Part shown: positions 12,970-25,400 of the stretch, one piece after another | Numbering within the stretch: the stretch's first letter is position 1 | How the letters are laid out: the number at the start of each line of letters is the position of its first letter | From: Paraspadella gotoi | Taxonomy: Eukaryota > Animalia > Chaetognatha | Direction of reading: 5' to 3' | DNA: 64,000 nt | Assembly (NCBI GenBank): GCA_051294375.1 | Contig: CM119265.1 | Span: 11,719,818 to 11,783,817 of the forward strand | The notes under the pieces: model-generated | What the model saw: only the letters and a program-made list of their open reading frames with translations | Databases searched by the model: none | Told to the model about the DNA's origin: nothing | Made by a program: the position numbers and the translations under genes

Positions 12970-13930
12970 CCCATGAATCAGTGACTAGGGAAAACAGAGA
13001 GGGAGAGAGACATGTAATTAAAAGAGAAAAGAGAGAGATAAAGAAATATAAAAATAAAAGAAAGAAATTTGTTTGTTTTGATAAAACGTAAACAAAACAT
13101 ATTTAATAACTGTCCAGACTCAATTATAAGCACATCGATGAATAGAAGCTGTATACAAATTTTCAGCTTTATACACCAAAAATTTTTGTACTTTTAAAAG
13201 CAGATCCAGATAGCTTATAAAAAGTTGTCTACACAAGGTATAATTCTTTTTTCAATATTTTGATGATAACTGGGTAAAAATTGGAAAAAACCTTAAAAAA
13301 TTATCATCATCCAATGATTTTAGCAGTTTTTACTATTTTTTAGTAATAAAACATCAAAATTTTAAAAAGTTGTAATTATATTTTTTGCTTAACTTTTTAA
13401 TCAATTAAAAAAAAGTAAAATATCAAAAAATTTTTTTTACATTATATAGCAATATAATAATATTAATTAGCGAATTACTCATGGTTCGGAACATTTTTGC
13501 AAAAAAACATAATACAATAATTAATACCATAACGTCTGAGATGGTGTGTTCCCTTCTGAGCCAATGGTATTGGCTTCACGATGGTGGACGTGAGGCGGTT
13601 TGAATATACCACCACAAGCTCTTATTATACATACATTGTATCTGTGATTCTGTAGAGTGTATACTTCGCCAAATAAAGTAATAATTAAATTTTTAAAGCA
13701 TAGTAACATGTGGTTCACTTCATTTGCATATAGTAGCAGTTTAGATTATTTCTAATATCTTTTGATTCGGTTAGCATAAAAGTTTTCTTTATCTTAGCGT
13801 TACTTTTAATCAGGTTTAATAATGATTTCATTTCCCGAATAAGCGAGCTTCCATTACTAAATATAAGGTCAGTAAAACCAGAAACCACCAATATTAAGAT
13901 GCCCCCCTACGTATAGAAATCCTTCCTTGC

Positions 13931-14168
13931 CTCGATGGACGAGACCGACTTTGGATTCGTCGGCTGAGGCGAAAACCGAAGCAGGAAGACGGAGCAGGCC
14001 GACAGGGGAGGTCAACGTAGTCGACGTCGTCGTCGACGGCCTTAACTTCCCCTTTTCCTCATCTTCCAAAACGATGGGAACGAGACCTCGGGGGGTTTTA
14101 CGAAAGAGTCGAACTCCTTCAGGGTCGTCATCTTCGTCTTCCGGAAGAAGAGCCGCTTCGCCGGGAAC
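13931..14168 (-). CDS. LTV1: LTV1 exon 3 (...LRLPASVFASADESKVGLVHR), probable GC donor
   Basis: LPASVFAS..E..VGL motif; tcgcag acceptor; the phase-1 junction fitting exon 4 and homology is GAG|GCAAGG. Confidence 0.85.
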
Positions 14169-14239
14169 CTGCGAGGATTAAATTGGAGGACCCGTAATTG
14201 AAGATGAATACCTAAGATCAATAATGATTTTCAACAAAC

Positions 14240-14379
14240 TCGTATATCTCCGGCCAAATGGACGTTGCGGTACTCGTCCACGGTACGAAGGTGCTGCATG
14301 TAGTCGTAGTCGTCATCGTAGTAGACTCCGAATTTGATTTGTTCATTTCGACGCCGCTCTGTCGCGTCTCCCACGGGTG
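14240..14379 (-). CDS. LTV1: LTV1 exon 2 (ERRRNEQIKFGVYYDDDYDYMQHLR)
   Basis: Conserved GV..DDDYDY.QHL motif; ctgcag acceptor, CGA|GTTTGT donor. Confidence 0.93.
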
Positions 14380-14457
14380 CTGCAGAGAGTAAACAAAGAG
14401 TTAATTTAATTTAGAGCGAGATGGATCAAGAAAGTGGAAACTTTCCGTGATCCGAAC

Positions 14458-14590
14458 CTTCGTCTAGGGGCACAAGAACGTGCTGTCCCGCCTCGTCGTC
14501 GGCCGCCAAGGGGTCGTGCTGACTGCGGTGGACGAGACGAAACGAAACCGCCTTTTTTTTATCGATGAACTTTTGTTTTTTTCGCGGCAT
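14458..14590 (-). CDS. LTV1: LTV1 exon 1 (MPRKKQKFIDKKKAVSFRLVHRSQHDPLAADD); total CDS 1689 nt, 562 aa
   Basis: Typical LTV1 N-terminus F..KK.A.SF.LVHRSQ.DPL; ATG 14590, G|GTTCGG donor. Confidence 0.95.
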
Positions 14591-15209
14591 TTTACTTCAA
14601 TGATGTTAAACTCTTTCAACCCAAATAAAAGACCTATTTGTAGTGTAATCGGATTAACGTCATACTATAAATTGTTACTTTAATTAAAACAAAAACATCG
14701 ACATTGTTATAGGGTGAAACCGGTAACACGCTTAACCATCGATGGGGGTACAAAGATATGCGATTAGGTCTGCGAATTCCATACAATACGGAGCAAGTTT
14801 AGATGGTTCTATACCTCTAAGTTTCGTAAGCTTAATAGAAAAAAAGAAAAAAAAAAGTAATCATCGTTTTTAATACATAATTTGTAAATTGTAATACAAA
14901 ATGCGAGTCGTCACGGGATCACGACAATCACAGGCGAACGTAAAACTTTTTACCCTTGCCTTCTAAAACCTAAAAAAACCCTACTATTACTTAGAACTAT
15001 CGAGACGACTCCCGAAAATGAATTCGTTTTTCATCAGAGATGATATATACTGTTAACTTGTTAAGTTTTCAACAATCAACGAAAGGGACAACAATATTGT
15101 TCGAAATTAGCGTCGACTTTGCAGCGTCGCGTTTTCCGGAAAAAAGAATTACAGTCTTCCATCGCTGCTGCCGCCGTCGCACTCTTCCGCCGCCAAGAGG
15201 CTCCGCGCT

Positions 15210-15403
15210 TTAAAGAGGGACGTGGCGGAAGAGATAAGAGACGGACTCTCCGTTGTGCGTCCGTCGGATGGCCTCGGCAAGAATCGGCGAGACGTCGATG
15301 CAGCGGAGTCGAGCCGACGCCTCCATGTTGTCCTTTTGAGGGATCGTGTTGGAGACGACGACGTTTTCGAATTGGCTCGTGTTGATGCGACTGATCGCCG
15401 AAC
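15210..15403 (-). CDS. PRPS1: Ribose-phosphate pyrophosphokinase, exon 7 (last; [22 protein letters not shown]...[22 protein letters not shown])
   Basis: Typical animal PRPS C-terminus [17 protein letters not shown]; TAA at 15212-15210; frame absent from the ORF track. Confidence 0.96.
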
Positions 15404-15590
15404 CTTTTTAAAGGAGAAATGAGTTGTGGATCTACAGAAGGCTTCCTATTATAAAATTTGGTACCCCTTTTTTGTGACCAGAACACGTTCCAAGAAAGCT
15501 ACTGGACCAAATTTATTTAAATTTAGTATGAACGATCCCTATTCCACTTTGATTTCATATCGAAATCCCTGTCTTCTTACTTAAATGATA

Positions 15591-16018
15591 AATAGAACTA
15601 TCGAGGCGAATTTCAATATTTGACCCCTGAGCCGAGATATGGGGCCCCGGAGGGGTCACCTTTAGGGGCAATAAATGGTCAAAATTTTGTTTTTAATTTT
15701 TTTCATTATTTTTGTTTTGAACAGTTGCATCGACGTTTACTTTTTCACAAAAACGTTTTAATTACCACAGAAATATTAGTTTACCTTAATTTTCAGCTTC
15801 AAGTCAGTTTTGGAATAATTTAGGAAAATTGGAAGGAAAACTGGAAGTAAAATTATGAACCATACATCTTCAAACTATGCTTAATTATTGACAATTTTTC
15901 AATTTTAGTTTTAAAACGTTTTTTAAAACGTCAATGCACCTGATGCCATTAAAAAATTTCAAAAAATGTATCTCTTGTCAGGAGTTGAATATTAAAATTC
16001 GCCTCGATAGTTCCATTT
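15591..16018. mobile_element. MITE in PRPS intron 6
   Basis: TIRs AATAGAACTATCGAGGCGAATTT / AAATTCGCCTCGATAGTTCCATT; related left end at 2794-3000. Confidence 0.7.
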
Positions 16019-16094
16019 ATAACGTCATTAAGACTCTAAATGTAAAATTTCATGAAATTCGATCAGGTAGTTTGGCAGGAACAGATTCTGGTCA

Positions 16095-16729
<635 letters not shown>

Positions 16730-16767
16730 TCATATCTTAGTTCCTTTTCGCCAGATTTCTCGCCCAC

Positions 16768-16879
16768 CTGCGAAGCGTGGAGATCCATGGTTATGATTTG
16801 ATCGGCGCCGCCGATGCTGAGCATATTGGCGACGAGTTTGGCCGTGATCGGTGCACGCGATTTGTCTTTTTTGTCTTGC
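16768..16879 (-). CDS. PRPS1: PRPS exon 3 ([37 protein letters not shown])
   Basis: [10 protein letters not shown] and MDLHASQ signatures; canonical splice sites. Confidence 0.97.
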
Positions 16880-17281
16880 CTGTCAAATAAAATAAAGATT
16901 AAAACGGGGTAAAACCGAAAAGGAATAGTTTTATCGTTTACCGAGTTGGATTTCGCGAATTAAGTTATCTTTACTTCGTTTTATTAATTTTCCCTGAACA
17001 AATTTTTTGTTCGCATACGGCGAATTCAAGAGGATGAAAAGACCTTACAACTCGTTACTGAAATTCATGGATATGTCTCACGGTATGGCCCGCACGAAAT
17101 GAGAACAGTCTTCTTGAAAGAATTTAACTAATTTTACTTTTCTTTTTTAATTTATCTGTCTTTTTATCATAAATTTTAGATTCTCCGAATATTCTGATAA
17201 GTCTGGTTTGACGGCGCCAACTATACCTGCAAAGAGTGCTAACTCTTGTGGCAGCATCAACACGCGACCTCTCTCTTCTTT

Positions 17282-17312
<31 letters not shown>

Positions 17313-18586
17313 GATTTTCACCCTACTCATCTGCTTCATCCTCCTCTTATTATTTCTTTCTTACCATAGCAATGACTTGAATTTTGAATGAAAGGTTTAA
17401 AGAAATAAACCATTCTCGATATTTTGTATAGATTTTTTAATAAAAGCCTTAGTAATTAGTAATTAATTCTTTTAAAAAAAATTTACGGGAAAAAAATATA
17501 GAAAAAAGAAATCCTGAAAAAAAAATCTGAAAGTTTAAAAAAACGGTTTAAAGAAGATTTTGCGAAAGTCTTTTGTGTTTACTCGATTTGCGAAAAGATT
17601 TACCCCGTTTTATGCGTGATGTATATTATTCAAAGCTATTCAAAACTCTACATACTACTACCTTTCTCTCTTCGGTCTTCTGTAACTTTTTTGGCAGTCA
17701 TCGGGAAATATCGATTTGTCCGAGCCTGGAGGCGGACGCTTAAGTTGTGAGTCCCGGTAACGTTGAGTAAAAATTAATTCCTTTTCCGCGGGAGGAATTT
17801 TGCCGGCCAGGGCGCGCCCACCAACCTCCTTCCTATAAAATATACCCAATTAATTTAAAGTTAGGTTTTAAATTTTGTGAAATATCCTTTTATTTCACGC
17901 CCGCAATTCTAGCGCTCAAATGTTGCCCGTCCCGTTTAAGTTTGACGAGGGCAGAAGAGGAATTAAACACGAGTTAAGAAAGTATTAATCACTTTATTAT
18001 AACGTTAAAATGCCAATTATATACCCTCGTCAAACTTACACGGGACGGGTAACATTTGAGCACTATATTTGTGTGTTATCTCTTTCGTGATCGTGCATTT
18101 TTCGAGAGGAAAGAATCCGAGAGAAAAAATAAAAATGTCGCCAAAAACGAACGGATCGCCAAGAGTAAAATCTGATAAGATTTTCTCATTCAACTTTACA
18201 TTTAAAAATCCGTCATTGATCTTTCGAAAAACGCACAATCACGCAAAAGATTGTACAAGTTTAATTATAATTTCTTTACATAATAAATAGTTTTACCTGA
18301 AGTAAGCCAAAACGTTGCTAACGTTGGAAGATCAGAGAGAACTCGAGCCGCTTCTTGAGTTTACGTGTTTCTTAATTTTTAAAAAGTGTTCTTTATTAGA
18401 CGCACGGCAAAGCATATAAAATGTTTTTAAATGGAGTTAAGACGTTAAAAAAATAGATATTTTCAATAACGGCCGGATTTCAATTTCTGGATTTCAGAAA
18501 ATTTTTCTTCAACAGCTGTCTAATTCTAAAAAGATTCTAATTGGTTATTTTCCTTTTTTTGAACTCCCTCAGCCAANNNNNNNNNN

Positions 18587-20512
18587 ATCAATCAATAAAG
18601 GTCGATGTGTTAGCAGTGTATACTAAATTTCATTTTGATTGACCATGTACTTTTCAAGATAGCCTGTTTTAAAGCATTTTCAAAAAAAAATTTTAAACAC
18701 TGATGGTAAAAAAAATATTAATATTATTTTTTCAAAAATGGCTTCATTAGTTGAGAAAAGACTTTAACTTTATATTTTAACCATAATTTCATGAACTTCA
18801 ATATCAACATGCTTGTAAGAGGCATTCCTAAATTATTGAAGGATGTGGACGAACGGTTGTGGCTGAAGATCAAGTTTAAAAAAGCAGTAAGATTTTATTG
18901 TATATCAAAATTTATTTTTTTATTGATATTGGACTTACTCTTTGACTTTTTATTAGGGTGTGTCTACATTTTCGTAGATACTTGGATGTTCAAACTGCTT
19001 GAAGGATTGTAAACCTGTATGAATTTTCAAAAAACAGTAAAAAAACATAATTCACTTTGTCAGTCCGTCGGTCCGTCCCTACAATCTCGTCGGGCATTCA
19101 CTTATATGTGAGAAAATTGAATTATGATTAATTATGCAAAGAAATGTCTGTCCGTCCGTCTGTATCTGTCCGTCCATCCCCCCTTAGCAAAACACACCAA
19201 TTACTCATGATTTGATGGATGGATTGGAATTAAATTTTGGTTCTGGGACATGGTTAGGAAATTGTGTGATTGAGCTGGAAATCAAGTTTCGATGGAATCG
19301 TCCGAGTGGAAATGAGTTAAAATAGAAAAAAACAAAAAAATATATTTTACTATTTGAATGCCAACTACTCATGAGTGCATGGGGCAATTTTGTATGTGGG
19401 TAGGAAAGTGTGTGATAGAGCAGGAAATAAAGTCTCAATGGAATCGTCTGAGTGGAAATTAGTTTATATGAAAAAAAACCCTGTTTTACTAATTGATTAT
19501 GCATCTTTTTCTTTTTATATTAAATGTAAATTCAAGTTGTATTAATTAATCAAATAATTCATTAGTTAATCAATTAGTCAATTAAATAATCAATAACTAA
19601 TTAATCAGTCAATTAATTAATAAATTGATTATTCAATCATTCAATTTATCTATTAATTATTTATTAATAGATGTTCTGATTTGGATCAGCGATATGGTGA
19701 TCTCAAAGCTGATTGACGGAGCAACGGACAAAATAATTAGCACAGACAATGTTTTCACATTTTCACGACAAATGTTAGTTTGATGAATAATTTATAAAAT
19801 ACTTTATTTAAAATAATAATAATTTTATTTTTAAAATCCGCTCAACCGTACCATTAACTCAATACATCGAATATTGAATGTTTATTATTGATGTTCTTTG
19901 CATAGTTTTATTTGTAAATTGTATGTTTGGAAGTTTTAACAAACAACTGTAGCAAGCTTTTTTGTTATTTTGCACGCGTTTTGGCTATTATGATAATAAA
20001 CGTTTTATTTGTGAGAAAATAAGCTTTAGTATTTTTTACACATTAATATGGTATATGATATGTATAAACGGTAATATTTCTGAATTATCAATCCTTCAAG
20101 CAGACTGAACATCTAAGTATCCACGAAAATGTGGGCACACCCTAATTTAAAGTCAAAGTGTAAGTCCAATATCAATAAAAAAAATAAATTTTGATATACA
20201 ATAAAATTTTACTGCTTTTTTAAACTTGATCTTCAGCCACAACCGTTCGTCCACATCCTTCAATAATTTAGGAATGCCTCTCACAAGCATGTTGATATTG
20301 AAGTTCATGAAATTATGGTTAAAATATAAAGTTAAAGTCTTTTCTCAACTAATGAAGCTATTTTTGAAGAAATAATTTAAATATTTTTTTGACCATTAGT
20401 GTTTAAAATTTTTTTTTGAAAATACTTTAAAACAGGCTATCTTGAAAAGTACATTGTCAATCAAAATGAAATTTAGCATACACTGCTAACCCATTTACCT
20501 TTATTGATTGAT
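18587..20512. repeat. ~420-bp inverted repeat arms enclosing a Helentron-like fragment
   Basis: 18587-19010 is the reverse complement of 20088-20512; left arm abuts an N gap. Confidence 0.75.
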
Positions 20513-21315
20513 GCCATAACAAAAATTATTGATAACTATTTTGTGCATAATTTTTTTTTTAAAGAATCTGTACAGGTTTTATCCTCCAGGATGTGACTAC
20601 ACTATTTTTTTTTAAAAAATGATGCTCAATTACAAAGAGTACCTAGTTGTGAATAAAATTTGTTGGGAAATATTTAGGTTACCTCCACAACTCCATAGAT
20701 AATGCCATCAATGCAGTGGCTTATACATTCTCCAGCAGGTTGTGGATGATGTTGTGGAGCCGCGAGATGGAGTAGAGACTTGAAATTTTAATATAGTTAA
20801 CTTTGCACATTTTTTCAACTAATAAACTAAGGTGGACGTCAAAATCTCTCATACTTTAGACACAGTGACTTATGATGTGAAAGGTGTGCTAAACTGTCTT
20901 TAAGCAAGGGTAGACGTAAGGGTGTTAGACCAATTTGAATGGCGATTCGTGCAAACCTATTTATTTTGACCCTGCCCCATCGTGTTAGATGTAAATTAGG
21001 ATCAGAACTACTTTTAGATTTTGACACACCCTAATGTCGCCCCCTCTATACCTTCACTAAGAACCCTCACTCATTGTTCATTGGTTTTTCCTTCAGCTCA
21101 TGGCCATGTACAAGTTTTTCATTGGCTGTTAGTTGTTAGTGAGGCCATTGAGCTTTGGGTAAGTCTCTTTCATGGTGAGGTCCTTTGTTTCGCTCCTGCA
21201 GCTTCGCCGCTGCTCCTGCGTCCGCTGGGAGGAGGAGCGAGAGGAGGATGCAGCCGCCTGCTGCATTTGGTCACTACCGTTGATGATACCATCACAGGAA
21301 ACGGATTGATCGTGT

Positions 21316-22450
21316 AGCCCTGATTCACGCAGTCCAAGCCATACTCGAAGACAGTTCCATACCCTCCAATTCTAAATGGCTGCTACAGGTGGATTTCTCC
21401 AATGCCTTTAATTGCATCGACCGTTCCACCATGCTCCTTGAAGTCAGCAAACGGCTTCCCAGCCTAAGCCCCTTTGTCAATTGGTGTTATGGGAGTGCAC
21501 CACTTCTTCGCTTTGGAGACGACATTATCCTCAGTCTGGCCGGAGTTCACCAAGGTGATCCCCTAGGACCCCTTCTCTTCGCCATAGCTCTTCATTCCTT
21601 GATCGAAAAGATCAGGCTTGAGGTACCAACCCTCCTCCTAAACAACTGGTATTTAGACGAAGGACTTTTCCTAGGTGGGCCCACCGATGTCGCCCGAGCT
21701 TTCAAGTTGCTCCAGCAAGATGCCCCCAAGCTTGGTCTCCGCATCAACCTTATCAAGCCCCCCGACATTCGCGCTTCTCTTCCTCCTTCGGAACTGCCCC
21801 TTACTGAGATCATGGACGAAGGGGTCATCATCCTTGGCGCGCCCGTTGGTTCAGCCTCTTTCTGTCAGCTCATCCTCAAAGAGCGGGTCCTAAAACTCTC
21901 TGGCCTTTTGTCCAACCTAGAATCCTTAGGTCACACCCAAGATGCTTATGCCCTGCTTCGCAGCTACTTCGGAACACCAAAGTTCTCTTACACCCTAAGG
22001 ACTGTAGCTCCAAGTCATTCTTTTCGACGAATCCCAATGCTCCTATCTCGCTTCCATCATTGAATGCTCGTTCTCACTCTCAGATCCTCAATGGGACCTT
22101 GCTTCCTTACCCGTCTCCCTTGGTGGTTTGGGAATACACAGCGCCCATGCCCACAGCGCTCCAGCCTTTATCTCCTCTATCCTGCAGACAAAGTCACTCG
22201 TAAGTCGACTGGTTTCGCCCCTCACATGTCAGCGAGACCACACTCAGGCCTTAGAGCTCCTATCCAACCTTTCTGCTGGAGCCTCCTCTCCTCCACCTGC
22301 TCAGCTTGACGCCTCAATCACTCAAAAATACCTTTCCCAACGTGTGGATGAAGCTAGGTTAAAAAACCTCAAGTCAAAGGTCTTGGATGAGCGCTTTCGA
22401 GCCGTCCTCCAATCCTTCTGTCTGCCGAGAACTGGAGACTATCTCAATGT
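21316..22450 (+). mobile_element. Truncated, frameshifted non-LTR retrotransposon reverse transcriptase (CRE/RLE-like), antisense in PRPS intron 2
   Basis: VDFSNAFN, GVHQGDPLGPLLF, WYLDEG (YLDD altered), LGAPVGS, then a frameshift into LPVSLGGLGI. Confidence 0.88.
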
Positions 22451-25400
22451 GATGAGCGGGGTTTTCCATCTCTTGCTCACCCTTCTGAGAGTGTCTATAA
22501 CGCATGTAGGATCGAGAGTTTAAGGATCAAATCTAGAGGTAAGCAGAAACAAGCATCGGTGATGAATCAATAAAGACCTCTCAGGTAAGCTCGGCTTTGC
22601 CACTATTCAAATAACATAAAACTGTAATAATAAACTCTAAACAACAAACCACAAACCAACAACCATATAAACTATATAAACCCCGACGATGGCTAATTAA
22701 TATTAATGCGATCTGTAATGAATGGAATCATTATTGAACAAAGCATTGAAATAATAATGAACTGTATTGTTTGTAAACAAATATCGATTGTTTATATTTT
22801 TAAAGACTTTTACAAAAGGTAAATAAGATCCACGGATTACGACGAGAGTTTATGTCCCTTCTGGACACTTCCCAATGAATTGTTTCCAAACGAAATTTGC
22901 GTCGCTTAGGCTCGTACTCATAATTTTCATAGCGGTCTTTATCCGTCATTTTCGTTCTCTTTTTGGAACCACGATGAGGGGGAAGGTGCAAATGTCGACA
23001 TCCAAATCTTGCAGATTCGGAGTCGACAACGATGACGCGAACTCCATTTCTCGTATCCGAGTTCCTATGACTGCTCTCGTGCCTTCACACAGCAGAGGAG
23101 GCAGATAGGGGATAGCCATTTAATTGATCATCAAACGAAAGTGCTTATATAACTAGCAATATAATAATTTAAAAAGATGCAATCCTGTTAACTAATTTTT
23201 TTTTTTATTTTGCTTTCCTCAAAATAATATTGAATAATAAAATTCTAAGACAAATGAGAATGGTTTAACCCAATGAGCTATAAAGAAGATTATGATTTTC
23301 AACATTAGCTTGCACGTCGAGCTATAAGAAGAGTCTTAACAATGATAGAGCTAGCAAGTACAATTATTCATTCAAGCTACAACGTTCCCAACTTCACTCA
23401 CATATATACTAATTGAACTGCTAAGAAAAAGTGAAACAATGTCATGACTCAGAAAGATTATGTGTTAAAGAAAGTAAAAAAAATAAAAATGTGCCATAAA
23501 ATCAAGAAATCAATCCATTTCACTGGGTATTTTGTAACATTAAAATTTTTATGGATAAAGAGTATTAAAATAAATAAAAGATGTATCAGTTGATAAAGTT
23601 ATTTACTGTAAGAACTAGACTAACAGGCAATATTTATATACAGGACAAATAGCTTTTAGCTAAATATAATAGCTGGGTCTGTAGCCTCTCTGTAACATCA
23701 CTGAAGAATTACGCACTCTTTTTCTAGAAGAGGATTTTATTAATTCTCTCAGATCCTGATTCAGATTACTTCAATGGTAGCTGGACCACCAAAAAAGGTC
23801 CGACGAACTCCCGAGCACATCTGAGGACCGCTATCACAATGGGAGGACCTCCAGATCTTGTGATGTATCCAGGGTTTCAGGACTATGAAAAGGTTCAGAA
23901 TGTAGAGGTTAAGGGTCTTTGAGAATCAATCGCATCTCTTTGACATCGGAACGCGACGAACCTGCCGGAACGTCCGTCTCAATAACCTGCATCGTAATTC
24001 ACAAGTTGAAGAAACTTGTCCATCTCCAATGCAAAAAAACGCCCAATGACTCATCTGTGAATTCGAGTGTAGCCCTAGACATAACCAGCCTTGGTCTTGT
24101 GACTATGTTCACTATGGATTCATAAATTCGTTGAGAAATGATCTGTCATAACGTATTAGAGGTGGAGCTTCGATTGATCTCCATCTACATAACTCACTCC
24201 AAATGCATCTCGAATTGGAAGGGACAACATCTTCTTCAAGGGATACAATAGAAGTAACCAAATAATTTATGGAATATTCAATCAAGGTGTAGAGGGAAAC
24301 TCCTAAAACTTTAATTATCTTCCTGGGTTTAAAAAAAGGCTTTATATTTACAAAGAAAACGGAGAAATCCAGTCAAAGGTTGAACTACCCACAAATTGAA
24401 TATGATGCGAAATTTAATATTTACAAATACCTATAGTTAAACACCTGAGTCCATTATTGCTGTACCAATCTAGAATGAGAGTGGGCCCTATTTACTTTTT
24501 AATGAAGGAGTGCATCGCTAAAAATTTTAAGCTTTTCAACTTAACAACAGCGTAACTCTTAGTTACCCACTCTCGTATGGGAAACTCGGGCCTTCGACTT
24601 ACGTTTTGTAAATTGTTAATTCGCGGGAATGGCTCTACCGTTGTACCTCGCCATGCAACTCCTGGCAAAAGCATTTAGTTTTGGCGGTATTGTCAGATCT
24701 CCGCCGACGAGAGACAGCTATTGCAAGCTTTATCGCGATCACGTGTTCGCGATAAGACGGAGACCTTCTAAACTCGCCCCTCCTAAAATTCCTCTCGCTC
24801 ATCATTCGTACTGGAGTTGATTCGGTAGCGATCATCTGTCACTGTGAATCGCGTCTCTGGTATTACTCTATCGCCGAAACTGCGACTATCATGTCAGTAA
24901 CGGACTACATAGACTGGATCATTAACGTGGTTGCACTGTACGTAACTACATTCACGATTTCATCCTGAAGTCATACGGAGTTAAAATTTTCACCACTTGA
25001 ACAGTTAACTTCACTACGGCATTCTCTAAAGATCCGTTATACGATCATCCTCCATCGCAGCGTCAGTGAAAGCACCGATTTGAATCCTTTGCCATTTTGT
25101 CATCATCTTCTACTTGAGTCATGTGGATACTCATTCTGCCGCAACTTGTTTCGCATCTGTCCCTATCGTTCGCTTCTCCAGTCCCCAAACAAAACCGGAT
25201 CAGATTCGCGTTGCGGTAAGCTTTTCCAAGCAGCGTCGAAAAGTAAAAATACTTCGCGTTTTTGTTTCTTCATTTTTGAAATTTTATCATGTTTATTCAC
25301 AAAGGTAATGACACGGGGAAGCTACAGAGCATGGAACGATTCTTCACCATCCCATTTTATGATCTTTTGTCTGTTGCCATAAAAGTTGTATGTGCTCTGA

